Shown: positions 16,312-25,262 of the stretch, piece after piece
Layout of the letters: every line of letters starts with the position of its first letter
How positions within the stretch are numbered: position 1 is the stretch's first letter
NCBI GenBank assembly: GCA_963798845.1
Contig: CAWCUS010000001.1
Coordinates: forward strand, 631,850 to 695,849
Direction: 5' to 3'
Length of the DNA: 64,000 nt
Source of the DNA: an uncultured Gemmatimonadales bacterium
Lineage (GTDB): Bacteria; Gemmatimonadota; Gemmatimonadetes; Longimicrobiales; RSA9
The notes under the pieces: generated by a model
Told to the model about the DNA's origin: nothing
What the model saw: only the letters and a program-made list of their open reading frames with translations
Databases searched by the model: none
Position numbers and translations under genes: made by a program

Positions 16312-18395
16312 CCCAGCCCCCGCAGCACCACGTTCAGCGCCGCCCCGACGCCGAACGCGAATGGGACGGTGAACGCCAGGATCGCCAGCGCCGTCTTCAC
16401 TCCGCGCTCCTTCAGCATCATGAGGAACTGCGCCACGCAGGGCACGAACAGTGTCAGCGTCACGGCCGACACCGTGAGCTGGACGGGCGAGAGCAGACCT
16501 TCCTGGTTCAGGTCGAACAGCCCCGCCGCTCCGTAGTCACGCCGGAAGAAGCCGAACAGGAACGCCTGCGCGGCCTCGTCCGGCAGCCCCAGCCACCCCA
16601 TGACCGGCCGGAGCCCGTGGACCGCCGCCTGGAGACCCCCCGTCAGGTCCCCCACCCACAGGATCACGCTGGCGAAGAGGAAGAGCGGCAGCACCTCCAT
16701 GAAGTACCACTGCATCCGGGACGCCGTCTTCGTCAGCACGTTCGAAACGGTGGGCATGCGTAGAGGGGGCAGCTCCATGTGAAACGTGGGCTGCTCCCCC
16801 GGCAGCACCTTCGACGCCAGCCAGCCCACCAGCAGGAACACGCCTCCGAGCACCAGGATCAGCACCGCGAGCGATGCGCCGTTGCCTGCGAGAATCGCGA
16901 TCAGCACGCCGAGCTGCGCGGAGCACGGGATGGCCACCGCCAGGAGGAGCGTCGCCAGCAGGCGCTCGCGGCGGGTCTCCAGCGTGCGCGTGACCATGGT
17001 CGCCATGGTGTCGCATGCGAACCCCAGCACCATCGGGATCACCGCGCGGCCGCTCAGCCCGATCTTCTTGAACAGCCGGTCCACCAGCAGCGCCAGACGC
17101 GGAAAATACCCGCTGTCCTCCAGCACGCTGAAAAAGAGGAAGAACGTGCCCACGATCGGCAGGATGATCGCGACCGCGTAGCGCACGCCGAGGGTGAGGA
17201 CGCCGTAGTCGCCGACGAACAGGTGGCGCAGCCACAGCCACGGGACCAGCACCGCGAACACCCGCTCGAGCACCGGGTTCAGACCGTGCTCGAACACCGT
17301 GGTCTCCAGCCAGTCCACGACGGTTCCCGCCCCGAACACGCCCACGAACTCGTACAGGCCGAAGTACAGCACCAGGAAGAGCACGGGCACGCCCACCAGC
17401 GGCCGGGTCAGTGCCGATCCGAGCCACTTCCGAACGCCGCCCCGGCCATCCCCGTCCGCAGGGCCGCGCACCACCCCTTCCAGAACCCGCTCCGCCGCAC
17501 GGTGACGCTCGTACGCCAGCCGGTAGACCGCCGTGTCGGCGAAGTCCGCGGTCGCCTCCTCCAGCTCCGCCACCGCCGCCTCGCCCCCATCCGGCTCCAG
17601 CGCGGCAACCCGCTCCGCCGCCTCCGCGTCCCCCTGGATCAACAGAGCCGCGAACGCCGCCGCGTCCACCGGATACACGTCGCTCAGTCGGCCCCGCACC
17701 CGCTCCAGAGCCGCGCCAACCCCGTTCTCGTACGACGGACGACCCGGGCACGGCGACGCCGGAGCCCGCAGCACCGCCGCCTCCAGGTCCTTCATCCCCC
17801 GACCCTTCACCGCCGCGATCGGCACCACCTCCACCCCCAGCCGCGCCGCCAGCAACCGGTGGTCGACTGTGAGCCCCAGCGAGTCCGCCTCGTCCATCAT
17901 GTTCACGGCCAGCACCAGCGGTCGCTCCAGCTCCAGCAGCTGCAGCGTCAGCGGCAGTGCACGCTCCAGCGTCTTCGCGTCCGCCACGTGCACCAGCACG
18001 TCCGCTTCCCCGTCCAGCACCACCCAGCGCGCCACTCGCTCCTCTTCCGTCGTCGGCATGAGCGAGTACAGACCGGGCGTGTCCACCACCTCCACCACCC
18101 GACCGCCGAACCGGCCGTGCCCCCGGTCCACCCCCACCGATGTACCGGGGTAGTTCGAAACCGTCACGTACGCGCCCGTCAGCCGGTTGAACAGCGAGCT
18201 CTTCCCGACGTTCGGCGCTCCCACCAGCGCGACCTTCAGCTCCGCTTCCCCGGCTTCCCCCCGCGAGCCGCCACCGTGGCAGCCACACCCCTCGCCGCCC
18301 GGCACCACGCCGGAGGCCGCGCCGGTGGCCGCGCCGCCCGCACCACCGGCTCGCCCGCCCCGCTTCCGATCCGTCGTGTCCGTCGGCATCAACAT
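16305..18395 (-). CDS. feoB: Ferrous iron transporter FeoB (G-domain plus polytopic membrane domain)
   Basis: G1 motif (LVGAPNVGKSSLFNRLTG), DTPG, and the membrane gate region. The N-terminus is Gly-rich and contains GCGCH. The start is ambiguous: GTG 18401, ATG 18395 or ATG 18389. Confidence 0.92.
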   Translation of the reverse strand: MLMPTDTTDRKRGGRAGGAGGAATGAASGVVPGGEGCGCHGGGSRGEAGEAELKVALVGAPNVGKSSLFNRLTGAYVTVSNYPGTSVGVDRGHGRFGGRVVEVVDTPGLYSLMPTTEEERVARWVVLDGEADVLVHVADAKTLERALPLTLQLLELERPLVLAVNMMDEADSLGLTVDHRLLAARLGVEVVPIAAVKGRGMKDLEAAVLRAPASPCPGRPSYENGVGAALERVRGRLSDVYPVDAAAFAALLIQGDAEAAERVAALEPDGGEAAVAELEEATADFADTAVYRLAYERHRAAERVLEGVVRGPADGDGRGGVRKWLGSALTRPLVGVPVLFLVLYFGLYEFVGVFGAGTVVDWLETTVFEHGLNPVLERVFAVLVPWLWLRHLFVGDYGVLTLGVRYAVAIILPIVGTFFLFFSVLEDSGYFPRLALLVDRLFKKIGLSGRAVIPMVLGFACDTMATMVTRTLETRRERLLATLLLAVAIPCSAQLGVLIAILAGNGASLAVLILVLGGVFLLVGWLASKVLPGEQPTFHMELPPLRMPTVSNVLTKTASRMQWYFMEVLPLFLFASVILWVGDLTGGLQAAVHGLRPVMGWLGLPDEAAQAFLFGFFRRDYGAAGLFDLNQEGLLSPVQLTVSAVTLTLFVPCVAQFLMMLKERGVKTALAILAFTVPFAFGVGAALNVVLRGLGW

Positions 18396-18422
18396 CCGCA
18401 CCCCGTGGCCGCACCGCTCATT

Positions 18423-18437
18423 TGAGAATCGTTCTCA
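18423..18437 (-). promoter_or_regulatory. Fur-box-like 7-1-7 palindrome upstream of feoB
   Basis: TGAGAATcGTTCTCA lies within a longer inverted repeat (tttgagaa-tcg-ttctcaaa). It matches 12 of 14 arm positions of the 7-1-7 Fur consensus TGATAATnATTATCA, about 25-30 nt upstream of the feoB start, in a locally AT-richer patch. Confidence 0.55.
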
Positions 18438-18626
18438 AAGTGCGTCCGCGGCGACCGAGCCACAATCGGGAAAGGCTTGGGCCGGGTTGTGGGGGAAAGC
18501 CCGACAGCGGACGCGACGGCCCCCCCGGCGCAGGGCCCGCGGGCGGACTGGACCCCCCGCCCGGGGCGCACGCCTGCGTCGTGCGGGGCATGCCGTTGCG
18601 CGGCGCGAGCGGGCTCGCCCGCCGTT

Positions 18627-20201
18627 TCACCACCTGTACTCCTGGAAGGAACGCATCGGCTGCTCACACTGCGGCCATGTCATCGTCTCGCCGGTGCGGG
18701 GGTTGGCGGGCATGAGGGTGCGCCGCTCCCGTCGGATGAAGTCGGGGTCGTCGGCAGCCATGTAGGCGAGCATGGCGACGAGGATCGCGTTGTCGCGGAC
18801 ATGGTCGAAGGAGAGCTTGTCGAGCGTGTCCAGGTTCGTGTGCCAGGTGTAGCGGAAGTAGTCCCAGGAGTCGGAGCCGAGGCCGAAGCTGGGTGCGCCG
18901 GAGCAGGTGAAGGCGGCGTAGTCGCTCCCGCCGCCGCCGGGGGTGCCCGGGAAGTCGATGCGGAGGTCGGCGCGGAGCTCGCGCGGCAGGGGCGTGATCC
19001 AGCGGACGAAGTGGGGCCCCGCATCGGTGAGCCCCTGCATGCTGACGCGGGTGATGCGGCCCGTGCCGTTGTCCTGGTTGAATGCGGCCTGGAGCCCGGC
19101 CACGATGTCGGGGTGGTCGGCGGCGAAGGCGCGGGAGCCGTTGAGCCCCTGCTCCTCGCTGGCCCAGTGGCCGACGATGATGGTGCGCCTCGGGCTCGGG
19201 TACGCCTTCTTCAGGAGGCGCATGGCCTCGGCCATGATGATGGTCCCGGTGCCGTTGTCGGTGGCGCCCTGTCCGCCGTCCCAGGAGTCGAGGTGGGCGG
19301 AAAGGAGCACGTACTGGTCCGGGTGCTCGGTCCCGGGGATCGTCGCGACGGTGTTGAAGACCGGGACGGTCCCCAGGTCCTTGGAGCGGGCGTCCACGCG
19401 CACGCGCGGTCGCTGCCCGTTCTCCGCCAGCCGGTAGAGCAGGCCGTAGTCCTCGCAGCCGAGGGAGATGACGGGCATGGCACCGTCGGTGTCACCGAAG
19501 ATGCGACGGGCGCCGTATCCCTCGGACCAGAGCGACGCGAACGCCCCCGCGGCCCCGGCGTCCTTCAGCCAGGCGCCGATATGGCGTTCGTTGATCCCCA
19601 GCGCCTCCATCCTCGCCCGCCACTGCGAGCGGGCCGTGTCCCTCGCCGCGACGAACGCGTCGTAGCCGTCCGGGTCGGCGAAGCCCTGCCACTCGCCCAG
19701 CGGCCGGCAGGTGGGCTCCGGCAGCGACGCCAGCACCCACTTCCCCTTCGCCTGCTTCTTCCACGCCGCCACTGCCGCCGGGTCAGCCGACGCCGGCAGC
19801 GCGATCACGTCCCCCTCCACCGGCTTCGCCGTCCCGCGGCTCCACGCCAGCATGGTGGCGTCGAGCGTGCGGACCCACGGCGCGACGAGGTCCACGTGCG
19901 TGATCCCCCGCTCCCACCCCTTCCACGTCCCGTACTGCTCGTTTTCGGCCTGGATCCCCCACTGTCGGTAGAGACCCACCAGCCAGTCGTTCGCCGCCGC
20001 GAGCTGCGGCGACCCGGTGAGGCGAGGGCCGATGGAGTCGAGGAGCGCCTGCGCGAGCGGGTAGACCTGCGAATGCTCCCGTCCCTCCTGCCAGATGGCC
20101 CGGAGCACGGGATCCTCGTTCGGGAGATCCTGCGCCCGCACGGGTGCGGCGATCAGGGGCAGCGCCAGCAGCGCCGGCGCACAACGCTTCAGCAGCGACA
20201 C
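18627..20201 (-). CDS. Secreted M28-family aminopeptidase
   Basis: M28 metal-site context (LLSAHLDSWDGGQGATDNGTGTIIMAEAMRLL, ...GHWASEEQGLNGS...). A signal peptide follows the GTG start at 20201, which is preceded by AGGAG. The tool start at 20264 (TTG) is an alternative. Confidence 0.85.
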   Translation of the reverse strand: MSLLKRCAPALLALPLIAAPVRAQDLPNEDPVLRAIWQEGREHSQVYPLAQALLDSIGPRLTGSPQLAAANDWLVGLYRQWGIQAENEQYGTWKGWERGITHVDLVAPWVRTLDATMLAWSRGTAKPVEGDVIALPASADPAAVAAWKKQAKGKWVLASLPEPTCRPLGEWQGFADPDGYDAFVAARDTARSQWRARMEALGINERHIGAWLKDAGAAGAFASLWSEGYGARRIFGDTDGAMPVISLGCEDYGLLYRLAENGQRPRVRVDARSKDLGTVPVFNTVATIPGTEHPDQYVLLSAHLDSWDGGQGATDNGTGTIIMAEAMRLLKKAYPSPRRTIIVGHWASEEQGLNGSRAFAADHPDIVAGLQAAFNQDNGTGRITRVSMQGLTDAGPHFVRWITPLPRELRADLRIDFPGTPGGGGSDYAAFTCSGAPSFGLGSDSWDYFRYTWHTNLDTLDKLSFDHVRDNAILVAMLAYMAADDPDFIRRERRTLMPANPRTGETMTWPQCEQPMRSFQEYRW

Positions 20202-20373
20202 GTGAGTCTCCTGTTGGGGTCGGTCGGAGGTCTTATCGTGCGACGGAACATCGCCGCGGTGCAATCGGGGAAGCCTCGCATCGCGGGAGGGGAAAACTCC
20301 GACCGATCGACGCGGGCCGGCGCGCCGCTGGACGCCGGGGGGCTGACGCCCGGCGCGTGCCCGAACGCCGCGC

Positions 20374-21171
20374 CTACCGGCCGCCGCTCACCCGCACCAC
20401 CTCGCCTGTGATCCAGCCAGCGAAGTCGGATGCCAGAAACAGCACGGCGTTCGCGACATCCGCGGGGGTGCCGAGGCGGCGCAGCGGGATTCCCTCGACG
20501 AGGCGGCGCTGCCCCTCGTCGCCGTAGGACTCCCATTGCCTCTCGGTGGTGGGGTTGGATCGCACGAAGCCCGGAGCGACGTTGTTCACCGTGATGCCGA
20601 AGGGGCCGAGCTCGTGGGCGAGCTGGCGCGTGAGTCCGATCTGCGCGGCCTTTGCGGCCGCGTAGCCCTGGATCCCTGTCAGGCTGACGCCGAGCCCCGC
20701 GCCGCTCGAGATGTTGACGATGCGGCCGGCGCCCGCGCGCTTCATCCCCGGGACCACCGCCTGCGAGCAGAGGAACGCGCCGGTGACGTTGACGGCGAAG
20801 AGCGCCTGCCAGTCCTCGAGCGGGACCTCCTCGATCGGGAGCCCCACCTGGCCCAGCACCCCGCCCGCGTTGTTGACCAGGATGTCGACGTGCCCGCCCA
20901 TTTCCGCATCCACGTCGCCGGCGGTACCGGCCGCTCCGGCCGCTTCCGCCTCGCCGACGAAGCGCCGCACCTGGTCGGCGCGGCTCACGTCCACCACGCG
21001 CACCCGCGCGGTGCCGCCGCACAGCCGGCGCGTCTCCTCGAGCTCGTCGACCAGGACGTCGCACGCCCAGACTGCGGCCCCGAGCTCGGCGAAGCGGCGG
21101 GCGATCTCGCGGCCGAAGCCGTGGGCCGCCCCCGTCACCATGACGGTCTTGCCGTCGAAGCGGATGTTCAC
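20374..21171 (-). CDS. Short-chain dehydrogenase/reductase (FabG-like)
   Basis: TGAAHGFG cofactor motif, NNAG, catalytic YAAAKAA (YxxxK). The GTG start overlaps the upstream stop (GTGA). Confidence 0.88.
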   Translation of the reverse strand: MNIRFDGKTVMVTGAAHGFGREIARRFAELGAAVWACDVLVDELEETRRLCGGTARVRVVDVSRADQVRRFVGEAEAAGAAGTAGDVDAEMGGHVDILVNNAGGVLGQVGLPIEEVPLEDWQALFAVNVTGAFLCSQAVVPGMKRAGAGRIVNISSGAGLGVSLTGIQGYAAAKAAQIGLTRQLAHELGPFGITVNNVAPGFVRSNPTTERQWESYGDEGQRRLVEGIPLRRLGTPADVANAVLFLASDFAGWITGEVVRVSGGR

Positions 21172-22275
21172 GACGCCTCTTCTCCGGGAGGCCGGTGCGG
21201 ACCCCCGGCGCTCGCGGCGCCCCCGGCGGAGGTCTGCTTCCCCGCCGCGCGCAGGGCCGCGAGGTTCTCCGGGGTGAGGTCGCGGCTTCCTTCTTCGATC
21301 TCGTGGATCATGGTGACCAGCGCCGCGTTCAGTGGGGTGGGGACGTCGTGGGCGCGACCGTGGCCGACCACGGCACCGAGCTGCGCGTCCACTTCGGTGC
21401 GCCGCTTCCGCACCGCCAGGTCGCGCCAGATGCCGCTGTGCTTCTTGGCCGAGCGGCGGTTGTGCGCGACGAGGCCGTCCAGCGATCGCGTCGCCTGCTC
21501 CGGCCCGGCGTCGGGCCCGAACGCCGACGGGTCGAAGCCGTCAAACGGCTCCGGCCGCACGTTGGCCGCGCGCGCCACCGCCATGACCTCGCGCGCGAGG
21601 TCGGCGTAGACGTCCCGGTGGGCGGGGCGGGCGAGGGCGTCGGCGATGGGGTCCCCCGTGGCGGCCGTGGCGAAGAGCATGGCCGCGTACGCCAGCTTCG
21701 CCCACAGGTAGCCCCACACGTTGCCGCTCAGGATCGCCTGGTCGTCGAAGTCCCGGAACATGCCGTGGACGCGCTCGATCCTCGCCGTGCGGCGCCCGTC
21801 CAGCTCCCCCACCACCACTGAGCCGCGGCCGCCGTAGTGGACCACGCCCGGCTCCATGTAGTCGGCGCCGAAGTTGACGAAGCAGCCAATGGTGCGCTCG
21901 GGCCCCACGAACCTCCGCGATCGCTTCTTCGTTCAGCCCGTTCTGCACCGAGACGATGGCGCCGTCCGGCGCGAGCAGCGGCGCGATCTGGCGCAGCGCG
22001 TCCGCCGTGTGGTGCGCCTTCACGCACAGGAGGACGGTGACGAGGGGACCGCGTGCTTTCGCCACTGCGGCCGCCTCGTCCGGCGTGGCCGCGTCCACGG
22101 CCACCCGCAGCGGCGAAACGGGGCCGGTGATCTCCAGCCCGGCCGACCGCATGGCCGCCACGTGATCCTCCGCGGCGTCCACCAGCAGCACCTCGTGCCC
22201 CGCCCACACCAGGTGCGCGCCGATCGTCCCGCCTATGGCGCCGGCGCCCCAGATGACCACCGTCGGTTCACTCAT
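21168..22275 (-). pseudogene. Ketopantoate-reductase (ApbA/PanE)-like oxidoreductase interrupted by a 1-nt frameshift near 21909
   Basis: The N-terminal Rossmann half (MSEPTVVIWGAGAIGGTIGAHL ... VSVQNGLNEEAIAEV) is in one frame. The C-terminal half (GPERTIGCFVNFGADYMEPGVVHYGGRGSVVVGE ... PTPLNAALVTMIHEIE) is in the -1 neighbouring frame. Deleting one base at about 21909 restores ..AEVVGPERTIG... This could be a true pseudogene or an assembly error. Confidence 0.7.
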
Positions 22276-22331
22276 CCCAGGGTCATGGGCAACAGGTGCA
22301 GAAGCGCCTCCATTCCGCGCAATGCCGGGGC

Positions 22332-23033
22332 TCACTCCCACGGCCCTTCCAGCACGGCCCGCGTCTCGGCCACCGCCACTTCCCACAGCGCCAGCATCTC
22401 CGCGTCCGGCCGTTCATAGCGCCCGGCGAAGTTGCCGTCGCCCAGGTACTGCCGGACCTCGGACGGCGTCATGAGCGACATCCGGGCGTGGTCGATCGGC
22501 TCCTTGCCGCCCCCGGGCATGGCCACGCCGTCCAGGCGCGTCCACGGGAAGTTCTCCATCCACGACGCGTGCGACGCCACCGGGTCGATCTCCCGGACCT
22601 TCGCCCATGTCTCCGGCGCGTTCCACCAGTTGTGGACTTTCACGCGCACGCCCGGGTGCGCCGCCATCCATTCCACCGCCCGGCTCGCCGCCGGCGCGTT
22701 CCCCCCGTGCCCGTTCACCACCAGGATGCGACGGAACCCGGCGCCCGCCAGGCTGTCCAGGATGTCGGTGACCACGGCCAGGTACGTCTCCACCCGCAGC
22801 GCGACCGTGCCCGGATAGCCGAGGAAGTAGGGCGAGATGCCGTAGGGCAGCGCGGGGAACACCGGCACCCCCAGCGGCTCCGCCGCCTCCGCCGCCACCC
22901 GCTCGGGGAGGATGGAGTCCACCATGAGGCTGAGATAGCCGTGCTGCTCGGTGCTCCCGAGCGGCACCACGCACCGGTCGTCGTGCTCCAGGTACGCCTC
23001 GACCTGCATCCAGCCGCTATCCCGGATCCGCAT
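22332..23033 (-). CDS. Creatininase-family amidohydrolase
   Basis: GSTEQHG and NGHGGN motifs. ATG at 23033 (MRIRDSGWMQVEAYLEHDD...). The long upstream extension in the tool ORF is not believed. Confidence 0.85.
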   Translation of the reverse strand: MRIRDSGWMQVEAYLEHDDRCVVPLGSTEQHGYLSLMVDSILPERVAAEAAEPLGVPVFPALPYGISPYFLGYPGTVALRVETYLAVVTDILDSLAGAGFRRILVVNGHGGNAPAASRAVEWMAAHPGVRVKVHNWWNAPETWAKVREIDPVASHASWMENFPWTRLDGVAMPGGGKEPIDHARMSLMTPSEVRQYLGDGNFAGRYERPDAEMLALWEVAVAETRAVLEGPWE

Positions 23034-23056
23034 GTCACCCCCGCGCAGATTGCCGT

Positions 23057-24538
23057 TCACCCCGATCGCCCGGGCGCCCGTGTGGGCCCGCTGGGCGTGC
23101 TCCCCTGTTGAAACGCGTCGTCGGCCAGCTCCCGGTAAAGCCGCACTACGGTCTCCGCGCCCAGCGCCAGGTGCGCCTCCGGGAACCACTCGTTCGGCGC
23201 GTGCATGTTCGCACCCGGTAGCGCGAAGCCCATGATGCATACCGGCGCGTCCAGCGCGGTGCGAAGGACCGGGGCGATGGGGAGCGTGCCGCCGTGATTG
23301 ACCAGCACGGGCGGAGTTCCGAACGCCCCCTCCAGGGCCCGGGCGGCCGACCGGTAGAGGGGAGCCTCGGGGTCGTCCCGCCACGGCGGGCTGCCCTGCA
23401 CCGCCCTGACCTCGAAGCGAACGCCCCGGGGGGCCTCGCGCCGTACGTGCGCACGCAGCAGCTCGCCCACGCGGTTTGGGTCCTGGTCGGGGACCAGGCG
23501 CGCGCTCAACTTCGCCAGCGCCCGCGACGGCAGCACCGTCTTCTTCCCCGGACCCGTGTAACCGCTCACCAGACCATTCACGTCCAGCGTCGGGCGGATC
23601 CACAGCCGCTCGATGGTGGTGTACCCCGGCTCTCCGGCCAGCGCCGCACTGCCTGCTCCGGCACGGAACGCTTCCTCGTCGAAGCGGAGCCTCGCCCAAC
23701 CCTCGCGCAGGTCGGCCGGAGCTTCTGCCACATCGTCGTAGAACCCCTCGATGGCGATGCGGCCGTTCGAGTGCATCGACGCGATCACCGCAGCCAGCGC
23801 GTTCGCCGGGTTCGGCACCGCTCCGCCGTACTGGCCGGAGTGGAGGTCGGTGGAGCCGATGGTCGCCTCGACCTCGAAGTACGCGATCCCCCGCGTCCCG
23901 AAGATCAGCGACGGCCACCCGGGCGCGAACATCATGGAGTCGGCGATGACGACGTGGTCCGTCGAGAGCTCCGCCGCGCGCTCGAGGACGAAGCGCACCA
24001 GCCCCGGCGACCCGATCTCTTCCTCGCCTTCGAACAACAGCACCAGGTTGACCGGCAGCTCGCCCGTGGCCAGCGCCGCTTCCGCCGCGATCACCTGGAG
24101 AAGAACCTGCGACTTGTCGTCGGCTGCGCCCCTTGCCCAGATGCGGCCGCCCCTCACTTCCGGCTCGAATGGCGCCGACGTCCAGGCCGCCAGCGGATCC
24201 GGGGGCTGCACGTCGTAGTGGCCGTAGACCAGGAGCGTCGGCGCGTCGTCGCCCGCGTGGTGGCGCCCCACCACCACCGGGTGCCCGGCGACATCGTTCC
24301 CGCCTCCATCGCCGCCGCCGCCGCCCGAGCGCACCGCCGGACTGCGGACGGTCTCCTCCACAGTCGCTGCAAGCCCGGCCCGGCGCACGCGGTCCGCCAG
24401 CCACCCTGCTGCGCGCCGCACATCTCCATCGTGCTCCCGCGCGGTGCTGACGCTGGGGATGCGGAGAAAATCGAAGAGCTCCGAGCGGAAACGGTCCTGC
24501 TCGCGCCGGATGTATGCGATCGTGGTGTCGATGCTCAT
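23057..24538 (-). CDS. M20-family dipeptidase/deacylase
   Basis: GHYDVQP, GAADDK and EGEEEIGS motifs. Contains a Gly-rich insertion (SGGGGGDGGGND). ATG at 24538 is preceded by GGGAG. Confidence 0.88.
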   Translation of the reverse strand: MSIDTTIAYIRREQDRFRSELFDFLRIPSVSTAREHDGDVRRAAGWLADRVRRAGLAATVEETVRSPAVRSGGGGGDGGGNDVAGHPVVVGRHHAGDDAPTLLVYGHYDVQPPDPLAAWTSAPFEPEVRGGRIWARGAADDKSQVLLQVIAAEAALATGELPVNLVLLFEGEEEIGSPGLVRFVLERAAELSTDHVVIADSMMFAPGWPSLIFGTRGIAYFEVEATIGSTDLHSGQYGGAVPNPANALAAVIASMHSNGRIAIEGFYDDVAEAPADLREGWARLRFDEEAFRAGAGSAALAGEPGYTTIERLWIRPTLDVNGLVSGYTGPGKKTVLPSRALAKLSARLVPDQDPNRVGELLRAHVRREAPRGVRFEVRAVQGSPPWRDDPEAPLYRSAARALEGAFGTPPVLVNHGGTLPIAPVLRTALDAPVCIMGFALPGANMHAPNEWFPEAHLALGAETVVRLYRELADDAFQQGSTPSGPTRAPGRSG

Positions 24539-24649
24539 GCGGCTCCCGGATGTACTTCCAAAGCGCGCTGACACGACGCGGTCAGGAAGCGCTCCGAGGG
24601 CGCAAGGTCGGAATGCGCGCGGTCGCCGGCAAGCGGTTACCTTTTGAGC

Positions 24650-25258
24650 ATGCTTCCCGCCCGAGCCCCCCTGACCACACCGCCGGCGCCGTCGGCCGCG
24701 CGCCTGACGTCGGGGCTCGCGCTCGCCGCCCTTCTGCTATCGGCCGCGCCTGGCTCCCTCGCTGCCCAGGATGAGGGGCTCGCTCCAGGCGACGTCCCCG
24801 GCGCGGCCGTGGTCCAGACCCTGGATGGCGACGCCGTGCCACTGTCCTCTCTCACGGACGGGCGTCCCGCGCTCGTGGAGTTCTGGGCGACGTGGTGCCC
24901 CATCTGTCGCGCGCTCCAGCCGCGCATGGACGCCGCGCACGCCAGGTTCGGCGACCGTGTCGCCTTCGTGGTGGTGGCCGTCGGCGTCGCCCAGACGCGC
25001 GACCAGGTCCGCGCGTTCGTCCAGCGGCGACCGCTGCCCGGCACCGTGGTGTGGGATGGCGCCGGCGAGGCAGTCCGGGCGTTCGAGGCGCCCGGGACCG
25101 GCTACATCGCCATCCTCGCGCTGGACGGCCGCGTCGCCTACGCCGGCACCGGCGCGGACCAGGACCTGAGCGCGGCCCTGGATGCTGCGCTGGCCGAGCG
25201 TGCTCCCGGGTCGGCACCGTCGGCGGGCGGAGCCGTGTCCGCCGCAACCTGCCGCTGA
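24650..25258 (+). CDS. Secreted TlpA/ResA-like thiol:disulfide oxidoreductase (thioredoxin fold)
   Basis: Signal-like N-terminus and the active site (FWATWCPICR). The tool start (TTG 24644) lies 2 codons upstream. Confidence 0.85.
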   Translation: MLPARAPLTTPPAPSAARLTSGLALAALLLSAAPGSLAAQDEGLAPGDVPGAAVVQTLDGDAVPLSSLTDGRPALVEFWATWCPICRALQPRMDAAHARFGDRVAFVVVAVGVAQTRDQVRAFVQRRPLPGTVVWDGAGEAVRAFEAPGTGYIAILALDGRVAYAGTGADQDLSAALDAALAERAPGSAPSAGGAVSAATCR

Positions 25259-25262
25259 CCGC

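Noticed and set aside
21541-22386. Calling 21541..22386 and 21168..21908 as two independent overlapping genes.
   Set aside because: Past about 21909 the first ORF translates to Arg/Leu/Gly-rich nonsense, and the second ORF begins mid-domain. Together they form a single ApbA/PanE-like protein if one base is removed.
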